Shown: positions 8,703 to 17,392 of the stretch, in pieces
Numbering within the stretch: position 1 is the first letter of the stretch
Layout of the letters: every line of letters starts with the position of its first letter
Assembly (NCBI GenBank): GCA_009887195.1
Contig: QXXX01000028.1
Coordinates: 1 to 55,772 of the forward strand
Direction: 5' to 3'
DNA: 55,772 nt
Origin: Candidatus Poseidoniales archaeon
GTDB taxonomy: Archaea; Thermoplasmatota; Poseidoniia; Poseidoniales; Poseidoniaceae
Made by a program: the position numbers and the translations under genes
The notes under the pieces: generated by a model
Told to the model about the DNA's origin: nothing
The model's input: the letters and a program-made list of their open reading frames with translations, nothing else
The model's database searches: none

Positions 8703-10955
8703 CTACAATGAGATTCCTAAATTGAAAATTTCCGTACCCATGAATATCAGTCCGCCAATCAAGTATCCTACTATTGCTCCACCATTTAACAACGGCAATC
8801 CAGCCTGAGCTTTACCTCTTGCAACATAAGTCATCAACACAAAGTAGCCAATTAAGGACCCAACCAAAGCAAACATCGCTATAGCGAAGGAATTATCCGT
8901 ATCTAGCCATTGTACTGCCGAAAGTACTAGCATTCCAGGGAATATAATGTCGCCCAACCCCATGAACAAAGCCTCCTTGCTCTTTTTCCTTGGCTTGGTT
9001 GATTTTGGTATGTTTGTTGGAGGGGTAACTTGTCTGACTTCGGATTTATCAACCATCTTGGTTTTCTCATCTTTGAATGAGTAGCCCTTATCCTGTGGGG
9101 CAACAAGCAAAATCGGCAGTTGAAGACCAATCATAGTATCTGCTAACTCAAGCATATGTTTAGAGCGATAAACAGCCCATGCGTCGTATATTGCGGCAAG
9201 TATCATGAATATAATTATCAAACCGGGAACAAATGCAACCCCGAGCATTACTATAACACCAGCTCCAACTAGCATTCCCACTGTATTGACCACATACCAT
9301 TCACTATGGAAATATAATAAAACCATCAATAATAATGCCAATATAACTCCAATTAAGAATGGAATATCATAGAGTTGTAAGCCATCTAATGAGTACATAT
9401 CGTCTTCAATTATTCCACTGTTGATTTCATCAGCAGTTACTGCGTAAAAGAAATCCTCGGATCCATTCTTGCCAAAGATACCAGTTTGAAAATCTGAATC
9501 AATCTCAAAGGTGAGCCGATTTTTCAATAGCATACCATGAAGCCAGTAAGAACCTTCATCTGAGGAAATCAACATATCGGTTCGCCCTGAATTATCTAAG
9601 TCAGTTAGTTGAACCTGTAGAACAGTATCAAGTAGACCAGCAATATTCATTTTTTCTTGTACCTCAAATTGTTGAGTGTCAGATTTTGTGGCGTCCCATT
9701 CCCAGCCAGTTACATTGCCATTCTGTTCGCCGATTATCAGTATAGCATTGTTACCATCATTCATTGAGATAGTATCATCTGACCATGGCGAGTGACCAAA
9801 GTCTGCAGAAGTAATTCCCTCGTCTGAATAATACTCAAATTCTATTGGCATCAACTCTGTTACGAGAGATGTTTTAGACGTCCGTAACTCCATTACCATG
9901 GTTGTCGTATTAGTTACCAACATCAGTCTATCATCATCTATTTGAGATGCTTCAATGAAGCCATTACCTAGATCAACATGACTAGGCAGCGCCCACTGAG
10001 CCTGTGGTGGTAACATATTGCCTGTTTCTTGACTGACCGGATAATATGTCACATCTCCAGACCTAGACAGGACATATACGCCATGGTCAACAATGAGTGC
10101 TAAATCACAACTGTCTTCGTAGATAGTACCAAGTTGGATAGTACCGACTTCGTCTACATAGTTACAAGGATGGTATTCCGAAATAGCTCCGGTCTGGATA
10201 TCTATTGACCAAATCCATGCAGTGTTGGTAACGGTAATATGATCTTGTGATTTTACTATCCTTAGGTTTTCATTATCCCCTGCCGGTAATCGTGAGAAAT
10301 TCGAAGTCCAATCAGCATCGCTGTTGTTTAAACTACTTGTTGAGTAATAAGAGATTGAATCTTCCCAGTTAGTAAAATTACCATTGAGTTGATGAGTCAA
10401 AAATCCATCCATGCCTAGGTCGGTAACATAATCTCCTTCATAGGAAAAAGTATCCTCATACTCAAATTCTTCAACATCAAAATCAATCACGAACATATGC
10501 ATCAATGGAACTGTCGTGTACATCAAAGCAATTGTTAAAACGCCCATTATTCCGTACTTAATCAGCCACTCTTTCTTGTACCTTGCTAACATAATTACTA
10601 CTGCAGTAAAAATTAGAATCATCACTAACTCGAGCAAAATATACCTAACTTGAGTTGCCCCTGTTTCACCAAAAGCATGTAACTCCGCAACATCATACCA
10701 AGGCCTAATGTAAAGTGATAAACCAATAGTAATAATGAACATAGAGAACATTCCTAGCATAGAAGTCATCTGTTCTTTCATCAAAGATAACACGCCAGTC
10801 TCTTCGGTAAGTTGGCGTTCCATTTCTACGAATTCTTGAGAAGGTGTTTGCCCCTTGGGAACTGGCAAGGCTTCTTCGCTCATAGTTTGGCGTGGGCGCT
10901 CTATCTTTTGAGTCAATCGCTTTTCAACAACCCTAGCCTTGTAATGCTTCACCAA
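8703..10955 (-). CDS. Presenilin/signal-peptide-peptidase-type GxGD intramembrane aspartyl protease (A22 family) with a large extracytoplasmic insertion
   Basis: 750 aa with 9 predicted TMs. The YD motif (AAIYDAW; Asp codon at 9183..9185) is in TM6, GLGD (FMGLGDIIFPG; Asp codon at 8949..8951) is in TM7, and a PAL-equivalent GLPLLNGG is in TM9. A ~373-aa hydrophilic sequon-rich insert lies between TM3 and TM4. The start is uncertain: TTG at 10955, GTG at 10952, or ATG at 10883. Confidence 0.75.
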   Translation of the reverse strand: MVKHYKARVVEKRLTQKIERPRQTMSEEALPVPKGQTPSQEFVEMERQLTEETGVLSLMKEQMTSMLGMFSMFIITIGLSLYIRPWYDVAELHAFGETGATQVRYILLELVMILIFTAVVIMLARYKKEWLIKYGIMGVLTIALMYTTVPLMHMFVIDFDVEEFEYEDTFSYEGDYVTDLGMDGFLTHQLNGNFTNWEDSISYYSTSSLNNSDADWTSNFSRLPAGDNENLRIVKSQDHITVTNTAWIWSIDIQTGAISEYHPCNYVDEVGTIQLGTIYEDSCDLALIVDHGVYVLSRSGDVTYYPVSQETGNMLPPQAQWALPSHVDLGNGFIEASQIDDDRLMLVTNTTTMVMELRTSKTSLVTELMPIEFEYYSDEGITSADFGHSPWSDDTISMNDGNNAILIIGEQNGNVTGWEWDATKSDTQQFEVQEKMNIAGLLDTVLQVQLTDLDNSGRTDMLISSDEGSYWLHGMLLKNRLTFEIDSDFQTGIFGKNGSEDFFYAVTADEINSGIIEDDMYSLDGLQLYDIPFLIGVILALLLMVLLYFHSEWYVVNTVGMLVGAGVIVMLGVAFVPGLIIIFMILAAIYDAWAVYRSKHMLELADTMIGLQLPILLVAPQDKGYSFKDEKTKMVDKSEVRQVTPPTNIPKSTKPRKKSKEALFMGLGDIIFPGMLVLSAVQWLDTDNSFAIAMFALVGSLIGYFVLMTYVARGKAQAGLPLLNGGAIVGYLIGGLIFMGTEIFNLGISL

Positions 10956-10965
10956 TAATTATGAT

Positions 10966-12297
10966 TTGTCCGCATCTGGAAGGTCTGTGTCTGAGTATGC
11001 TGACCCACGTAATTGGTTAGAGATGACCAAGGAGACTGGCATGGCTCTAGGGCTGCAAAATACCTCTAAACTGCTAAAATTGTTAGACCTTAAGTTATCA
11101 AACACGACAATTATCCACGTCGCTGGAAGCAACGGAAAGGGGACGCTGTGTGCTTTACTGGCAACAAATTTTACTTTAACAGAACAATCAAATGTATTAT
11201 TTTCTTCACCACATCTGTGCCGAGTTGAAGAACGGATAAGAATTGGTGGAGTACCTGTAACAGCCGATCTTTTTGATGAGGCTGTGAAAATGATTCAACT
11301 CGTTAGTATAACCAGCAATATTATTCCAACATTTTTTGAAGTTACTTTTCTAGCGTCCATGATTGTTGCCAGCAAAACAAACGTCAAATTTTTGATTCTA
11401 GAAACCGGACTTGGTGGCCGGTTAGACGCCACAAGATGCGCTCCAGCTGATCTCGCATTGTTAACTTCGATAAGTATGGAACATACAGATATATTAGGTG
11501 GTGAGATAAACCAAATCATCAAAGAAAAAGCAGCAATTGCCAGACCTGGAAAACCAATTATTGCTAGAGTAATGAATACAATTGACTATCAAAAAATTGT
11601 TGAAGACGTGGCACAAAATTGCTACCAAAGTCTAATTGATGGGGAAAAGCAGCCCGCTCAATGCCATTTTATTGACATCCCTGATGGAACAACAGCAAGG
11701 AAAGAAGCACGTATTTTAGCCCAACGAGCACTTACTATTCTAAGTCAAAAGTCTATGTTAGGAGATGCTGAAGAATTATTAAATTGGCCCGGCAGATTGC
11801 AGAGAATTAGTTTGCCTAGTGGCCATAAGATGATTTTGGAAGCAGCCCACAACCCAACCGGTCTTGAAAAAATAAGTCCAGAATTAATGAATTTAATTAG
11901 CACTGAATATAGTGCGCAAAAAACTTGTATTATTTTTGCTACCTCACCCCAACAAGATATGACGGCGATGCTCGATGGAATAGCAACTATCTGCAATGAA
12001 ATTGGCAATGTTGAATTGATTTTGACCAAACCACATGGGGGTAGATATCCAGGTGTTGAACCAAAAATTCTGTCACAATATCCTTGGCCAACTACAGAAA
12101 TTCATCACTACCAACATGTAAGGGACGCTCTTGAAGTGCTGTTACAAAGGGCACCTGAAAAATGCGGAACAATACTTTCAATCGGGTCGCTATACCTTCA
12201 AGGCAATATCTTGACATATCTTGGACTAGATGGCGATGAGGACCTAAGTTTAATTCCGAAGGACTCAAATGTAGTAGAGCATAGCAAAGGCGATTGA
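10966..12297 (+). CDS. folC: Folylpolyglutamate synthase / dihydrofolate synthase (Mur-ligase family)
   Basis: 443 aa with the P-loop HVAGSNGKGT, LETGLGGRLDAT, and an overall FolC layout. The TTG start is only 10 nt from the divergent ORF start, so one or both true starts probably lie further in. Confidence 0.85.
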   Translation: MSASGRSVSEYADPRNWLEMTKETGMALGLQNTSKLLKLLDLKLSNTTIIHVAGSNGKGTLCALLATNFTLTEQSNVLFSSPHLCRVEERIRIGGVPVTADLFDEAVKMIQLVSITSNIIPTFFEVTFLASMIVASKTNVKFLILETGLGGRLDATRCAPADLALLTSISMEHTDILGGEINQIIKEKAAIARPGKPIIARVMNTIDYQKIVEDVAQNCYQSLIDGEKQPAQCHFIDIPDGTTARKEARILAQRALTILSQKSMLGDAEELLNWPGRLQRISLPSGHKMILEAAHNPTGLEKISPELMNLISTEYSAQKTCIIFATSPQQDMTAMLDGIATICNEIGNVELILTKPHGGRYPGVEPKILSQYPWPTTEIHHYQHVRDALEVLLQRAPEKCGTILSIGSLYLQGNILTYLGLDGDEDLSLIPKDSNVVEHSKGD

Positions 12298-12298
12298 G

Positions 12299-12745
12299 AT
12301 GACTAGTAAGTGGGATATTCGATTTATTGGACTTGCCCAACATATCTCAACCTGGAGTAAAGATCCGTCTACTAAAGTAGGCTGCGTTGTGGTTGGGGAA
12401 GACCGTGAGATAAGGTCAACTGGATTCAACGGTTTCCCCAGAGGCATTAACGATGATGAGGAAAGATTGATGGACAGGGAAAAGAAATATCCATTGATCT
12501 GTCATGCTGAAGAAAACGCCATAATGCACGCTGCTCGAATCGGTGTTTCCCTAAAAGACAGTACTGCCTACGTCACCTGGCCACCATGTTCTCGATGTGC
12601 AAGGTCGCTAATTCAAGCTGGAATAAGAGAAATTGTTTACCCTGAAACAGGAAAAATTCCTGAACGCTGGATAGAAGACTTCACGATATCTGACAGCATG
12701 CTCAATGAAGCAGGTGTTGCAGTTAGAAGTATCAAACTAGAGTAA
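12299..12745 (+). CDS. dCMP (deoxycytidylate) deaminase
   Basis: 148 aa with the zinc motifs CHAEENAI and PCSRCARSLIQAGI, plus a VGCVVV...GFNGFPRG signature. The ATG lies 1 nt after the folC stop (TGAGATG), so the two are operonic. Confidence 0.82.
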   Translation: MTSKWDIRFIGLAQHISTWSKDPSTKVGCVVVGEDREIRSTGFNGFPRGINDDEERLMDREKKYPLICHAEENAIMHAARIGVSLKDSTAYVTWPPCSRCARSLIQAGIREIVYPETGKIPERWIEDFTISDSMLNEAGVAVRSIKLE

Positions 12746-12788
12746 ATTAACCGACTATTTCATTGATGTAATACCCCTAGGCTTAGAT

Positions 12789-13847
12789 ATGGGCAGGGTA
12801 TCTATTTCGTTATTATTGACGATAATTATCCTACTCTCAGGATGTATTGACCCACTAGATCCGTTAGACCGAAATAGTGGCGAAGAAGTGGAAGATGCAA
12901 ATTCAGATCCAGAAACTAATCCCGAGCCGGAACCGGAGCCAGAACCCGAACCGGAGCCAGAACCCGAACCGGAGCCAGAACCGGAACCGGAGCCAGAACC
13001 TGAACCAACAGAACCGTGTAATGGAATGCTCATCTTGTGTCTAAGAACGTATGATAATGTTACCTTCCCAGAAACTCATAATGCTTTTGCTACAGAAGAG
13101 GATGGAATAGTTTACCCTGCTGGAAATCATCGAACTGGGCTTGATAAGCAATGGAATGCTGGTATGCGAGCCTTCATGATTGATACCCATTATGAAAACC
13201 TAAATGACGAGAATCTTGATGGCGTAAAACTATGTCACGGAAGCGACGATCGAGGAGTTAGCCCCTGTATTTATGGCAACGTAAGTGCGATTGATTGGCT
13301 TGGAAATTTGAATGATAAAATGGCAGATAATACCCAAGATATTGTTACTCTGTTAGTAGAAAATTATGTTCAACCAGACCATTTGGAACAAGTTTTCATC
13401 ACTTCTGGTTTGATGGATAGAGTATTTATCCACCAATTAAATGATCCATGGCCAACTCTTCAATCAATGATTGACAATGGTACAAACCTAGTGGTATTTT
13501 GGGAACAAGGGGGAGATTCTAGTCATCCATGGATTCATGACTTTCTCACCCATAGTTGGACCACTAATTTTGGAGAAGGAAGTACAGCAGACATGAATTG
13601 TGACGTCTTGCGTGGGGACGGAAATCAGGTAGTGTACCACATGAATAATTGGTTAAGCAATCAAGTTGGTCTCTCCGACCCAACACAGGCTGGTGATGCA
13701 AATGATGTTGATTTTTTGGTTGAAAGAGCTAATGAATGCTGGCAACAACATGGTAAGCGCCCAACCTTCATTGCGGTTGATTGGTGGGAGCAAGGTGATG
13801 TTGTTGCTGCTGCTGAGATGATAAATCTACAGAATGAAGCCAACTAA
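12789..13847 (+). CDS. Lipoprotein with PI-PLC X-domain-like (PLC-like phosphodiesterase) catalytic domain and (Pro-Glu)14 linker
   Basis: 352 aa. It has a signal peptide plus lipobox (LLSGC), a PE linker, and then YDNVTFPETHNAF...AGMRAFMIDTHYE...KLCHG...IVTLLVENYV...WPTLQSMIDNGTNLVVF. I recognise this as the layout of plant/fungal PLCXD-type PLC-like phosphodiesterases. Confidence 0.6.
   Translation: MGRVSISLLLTIIILLSGCIDPLDPLDRNSGEEVEDANSDPETNPEPEPEPEPEPEPEPEPEPEPEPEPEPEPTEPCNGMLILCLRTYDNVTFPETHNAFATEEDGIVYPAGNHRTGLDKQWNAGMRAFMIDTHYENLNDENLDGVKLCHGSDDRGVSPCIYGNVSAIDWLGNLNDKMADNTQDIVTLLVENYVQPDHLEQVFITSGLMDRVFIHQLNDPWPTLQSMIDNGTNLVVFWEQGGDSSHPWIHDFLTHSWTTNFGEGSTADMNCDVLRGDGNQVVYHMNNWLSNQVGLSDPTQAGDANDVDFLVERANECWQQHGKRPTFIAVDWWEQGDVVAAAEMINLQNEAN
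12921..13007 (+). repeat. In-frame CCN-GAR microsatellite (14 consecutive Pro-Glu) with an 18-nt higher-order unit x4
   Basis: The unit CCGGAGCCAGAACCCGAA occurs at 12933, 12951, 12969 and 12987. Two copies are identical, and two differ by one synonymous third-position change (ccc->ccg, ccc->cct). Confidence 0.95.
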
Positions 13848-16800
13848 CCCCAAAAGCGTCTTGTTCTAGCATATTCAACCTCTGCTAGGTGAATCGTTTT
13901 GAGTAATTTATCCCGGTTATTTCTTGGGACTTTACGGAGAATTCTTTGTGCAGTTGCCTCCCCGATACCTCTTCCCATGAGGCATAAAATGGCCTCTTGG
14001 CCCCGGTTTTGAACTATTTCTGCATTCTTAATCATACGATTCCGGTCCGCTGCCTCGTCAGATGAAACCCAATCTTTCAGCATACTAAGCAAGCCCTCAC
14101 GGGCACAAGCAAGCATTCGCCCTTTACATTTCAAACAAATACCAATATCAGGAATTTCATTATACCTTGCAACCCTGAATCTTCGAACACTTTGGCATTT
14201 TAAACAACATAATACCGCTCGTTCATTTTCTAATCTTAAACTAAGACGTTCACGTACTGCTGCGTTATCCCAATTGGGTAAGAGAAGGTCTTTACTTGAC
14301 CTTCTTGAAAGTCCAATGGGACCAGCAGCTGCGACTTCTATTGAAATAACACCTTCCTGAATCGCTCGAAGTACATCACTGGCACCTTCAAGATCCATTT
14401 TTTCGAAAAATAACTTATCCAAAACTTCACGAAGAACTACTGTGCCACGGTATTTTCTTATTAGAGCCTGAAGATTAATTCGACGTGGGTCTACGCCGTG
14501 ACGCAAGATACCGAAGGTTTTGCCAACTTGAGCAAACCTCCAACGAAGTTGCCTTGAGTTCGGCAAAGTTACACTTAGCAAACCCTCTAACGCATCTGGA
14601 GGAGTTTCTGTAAGCCAACTGATAATGTCTTCAGGAGCGACTCCAGATGCTTGTAAGCCGATTCTAGTTGATTCGATTATGAGTCGTCCCCAATTCCCAG
14701 ACTTTGTCGATGCCATAGCCAATATTAGATGACCTAGAGTTTCGTTTATTTTCGTGCCTTGGCATGAATTGATAATTATGGCATCATTTCTTGCCTCTAT
14801 TGTCATCTTTCTGTCGGTCGGTAATACGCCAGACTTTTCCATATGGTTGCCTATTTCATCACTTAACATTCCCAATGCATGTTCGTTGATTGGAAAATCT
14901 GTTAACCTTATTTCATCAGAGGCAAGCAGATTAAACCGATCAATTGAAGAGTTTGCTAATTTTGATGATTCAATTAGTTTTAAGTCTTCAGCAATCAACC
15001 ATCTTAATCGTCCTATATCCCTTGCTACCTCGGCTGGAACAGGAGGTAACTCTCCAAGCCACTGTGGTGCTTTTGCTTGGTCTGATACAGGAACCACCAA
15101 TAATTCTGATTTCTCTGGGTCAGCATCAATAATCATCCAAGTTCTTCCAGCAATTACAAACCGGCGGATTGCCCCATCCTCTTCCTCTCCCGAATCATTT
15201 AGAGAAAGAACAAATGCTTCATCAACGCTACCAATACTTCTCCTAGTTACGCTATCTCTGACTCGATATGATTGCTTGTCAGGAATCATCGATAAGTGTT
15301 TAGATACCCAATCACGGGTTCTACCTGACACTGAAAACCACCCGGTTTCATACCTCTTTGGCAATGTCAACTCTATTCCCTTTATTTTAGCATCTATCTC
15401 TTCTTCAGGGGTTTTGAAAAGTGGCCTTTCTTCTGGTAAAATAATGCCTTTATTTTCAGGCAATAATTGAGATTCTTCGTATATTGATTTAGGCCACCTA
15501 TACCATGGAACACCCTTAGGGTCAGTGACTAATTTTACCAACCAATTATCGGCTATTACTGCCAAAATTTCAATGGTATCATCTCTTTGCCATCCTTCGA
15601 ATTGTGGAGCCTTAGCAATGATTGCCGTCGCTTCATCAATAGTAATCGCTTTGAAACTATGCGCCATCAAAATTAATTGATTGACCACAACTGTACGGGG
15701 CATATTGCGCCAAATTACTGGCTCAAGTTCGCCTCTCATGGCTCTTTCTCCGATTACTGCTGCTTCTGATAATTCATCACAATCCCAAGCAAAAATATTA
15801 CCTCGGCCAATACCGCCCAAACGATGGTCTGCTCGCCCTACTCGCTGTAATAACCGGTCGACTGAACGCGGGCTCTTGATTTGGATTATGCGATTGATTA
15901 AGCCAATATCAATACCTAGTTCTAAACTTGAAGTGCAGACTAATCCTGACACTTTTCCAGACCGTAGACCATCTTCCATCTCGATTCTTGTCTCGGTGGC
16001 TAGAGAACCATGGTGAACACCGATATCAAGTTCTGGTGCCATTTTTTGTAACCTATTGGCAATTGTTTCTGCATCACTTCGACTGTTAACAAACAGCAAG
16101 CACGGAGAATCTTTTCTTATAATCTCGATAATATCACGAAAAATAGCGTGAGCTCTTGAAGGAATAGCATATTCAATACCACCAGTCTCATCGATAGTCT
16201 CTGGAAAAGCGGTTTCTACAACAATTTCAGTAACTCTTTTACCAGTTTCAATAATTGTTTCCCCGTCATTAGACAGCCATTTAGCCACCTGATGAGGGTT
16301 GCCAACCGTAGCAGATAATCCAATTCGTTGAACTTTATTTCCAGATAATGTTTCTAATCTCGACAACCCTAAAGATAACTGCCAACCCCTTTCACTAGCA
16401 GCCAGGTCATGAACCTCGTCAATGATTATGGCTTTGACTGTTTTTAGTAATTCTCGGAGATTTTTTCCAGTGAACATTAATTGGAAGGTTTCAGGGGTGG
16501 TAATGAGAATATCTGGTGGTTTACGTACTTGTTTGGCTCGTTCACTTTGGGTGGTATCGCCATGTCTAAGACCAACTCTCAAACCAACAGATTCAGCGAT
16601 TTCTTGCAGCCTTCGGTCAACATCTCGATTAAGGGCGCGCAGTGGAGTAACATACAGGATTGACAACGGTTCCCATTGTTCTACTAAACATCGATTTATT
16701 ACCGGTAAGATTGCTGAAAGAGTTTTTCCTGAACCAGTTGGTGCGATTAACAACCTATCATTACCATCGATGATTTGTGGTATGGCTGACTCTTGAATTG

Positions 16801-16873
16801 GAGTTGGTTGCCACGACCTTTTTCCCAACTCATTTTGCAGTTTTTCGTCAAGCAGGGAAAATACACTTGACAT
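13844..16873 (-). CDS. lhr: Lhr-family large SF2 ATP-dependent helicase (DEVH box) with C-terminal zinc ribbon
   Basis: Motifs: APTGSGKT, IIDEVHDL, SATVGN, and helicase-C HHGSL/QRVGRADH. A long Lhr-like C-terminal extension carries CLKCQS...CLKCKG. I prefer the ATG at 16873, preceded by GGTGGGGAG; the ORF is open to the GTG at 16906. The stop overlaps the convergent gene by 4 nt. Confidence 0.85.
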   Translation of the reverse strand: MSSVFSLLDEKLQNELGKRSWQPTPIQESAIPQIIDGNDRLLIAPTGSGKTLSAILPVINRCLVEQWEPLSILYVTPLRALNRDVDRRLQEIAESVGLRVGLRHGDTTQSERAKQVRKPPDILITTPETFQLMFTGKNLRELLKTVKAIIIDEVHDLAASERGWQLSLGLSRLETLSGNKVQRIGLSATVGNPHQVAKWLSNDGETIIETGKRVTEIVVETAFPETIDETGGIEYAIPSRAHAIFRDIIEIIRKDSPCLLFVNSRSDAETIANRLQKMAPELDIGVHHGSLATETRIEMEDGLRSGKVSGLVCTSSLELGIDIGLINRIIQIKSPRSVDRLLQRVGRADHRLGGIGRGNIFAWDCDELSEAAVIGERAMRGELEPVIWRNMPRTVVVNQLILMAHSFKAITIDEATAIIAKAPQFEGWQRDDTIEILAVIADNWLVKLVTDPKGVPWYRWPKSIYEESQLLPENKGIILPEERPLFKTPEEEIDAKIKGIELTLPKRYETGWFSVSGRTRDWVSKHLSMIPDKQSYRVRDSVTRRSIGSVDEAFVLSLNDSGEEEDGAIRRFVIAGRTWMIIDADPEKSELLVVPVSDQAKAPQWLGELPPVPAEVARDIGRLRWLIAEDLKLIESSKLANSSIDRFNLLASDEIRLTDFPINEHALGMLSDEIGNHMEKSGVLPTDRKMTIEARNDAIIINSCQGTKINETLGHLILAMASTKSGNWGRLIIESTRIGLQASGVAPEDIISWLTETPPDALEGLLSVTLPNSRQLRWRFAQVGKTFGILRHGVDPRRINLQALIRKYRGTVVLREVLDKLFFEKMDLEGASDVLRAIQEGVISIEVAAAGPIGLSRRSSKDLLLPNWDNAAVRERLSLRLENERAVLCCLKCQSVRRFRVARYNEIPDIGICLKCKGRMLACAREGLLSMLKDWVSSDEAADRNRMIKNAEIVQNRGQEAILCLMGRGIGEATAQRILRKVPRNNRDKLLKTIHLAEVEYARTRRFWG

Positions 16874-16996
16874 ACTCTCCCCACCCCCGTAGTATACCCT
16901 TAACACCCTTACTTTTGATTATTTGTAGTATTGTAGATAAATCAAAACATCAAAGAACTCAAACGGTGAGAGCAGTTAGCAAGGAGCGGTGAGGAC

Positions 16997-17383
16997 ATGG
17001 GGATAATTGGACAGATGTGGGAAAAACAACACGGAAGACAACTGTTGATTACGGCAACAACCTTTGGCGGCGCAGCCGTTTTACTGATCGTCAGTGCATA
17101 TCAACTACTCTTTTTGCAAAACGATGCAGATTGGGGTGAATTTACCGGTGCTGCGATTGGCATGATTGTCTTGTCGAGCATTGTGCTAATTGTGGCTACT
17201 CCAGAATTCCTCAACCTGCGAGGTTGTGTTAATGTCTTGGCTGAATTAAAAGAAATTGAATCTACTTCTGAACTCAAGAGGAGAAGATCTGAAGGAGATG
17301 AAGCAGCAAAAACTCTTGGCGCAGGACATGCACAAGCATGGGATGATTTCCTGGCAAGTAAGGGTCTAAAGAAAAGCAAATGA
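16997..17383 (+). CDS. Small 2-TM membrane protein with charged C-terminal helix (hypothetical)
   Basis: 128 aa with a strong SD (GGAGCGGTGAGG) just upstream of the ATG and two hydrophobic segments. It lies directly upstream of the signal peptidase gene. Confidence 0.6.
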   Translation: MGIIGQMWEKQHGRQLLITATTFGGAAVLLIVSAYQLLFLQNDADWGEFTGAAIGMIVLSSIVLIVATPEFLNLRGCVNVLAELKEIESTSELKRRRSEGDEAAKTLGAGHAQAWDDFLASKGLKKSK

Positions 17384-17392
17384 GGGTGAAAA

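Noticed and set aside
12921-13007. A tandem repeat that might be mistaken for a CRISPR-like array.
   Set aside because: The period is 6/18 nt with no spacers, and the tract lies entirely in-frame inside a CDS. No cas genes are present in the window.
12755-13033. A 92-aa minus-strand ORF encoding a long (Gly-Ser)n run.
   Set aside because: It is the reverse complement of the in-frame (Pro-Glu)14 tract of the lipoprotein gene. It has no independent start context, and the + strand gene has a signal peptide, a lipobox and a recognisable catalytic domain.
14754-15470. A 238-aa + strand ORF inside the helicase gene, plus other + ORFs at 15681..16796.
   Set aside because: They are antisense to the Lhr-type helicase, whose motifs I-VI are all present on the minus strand.
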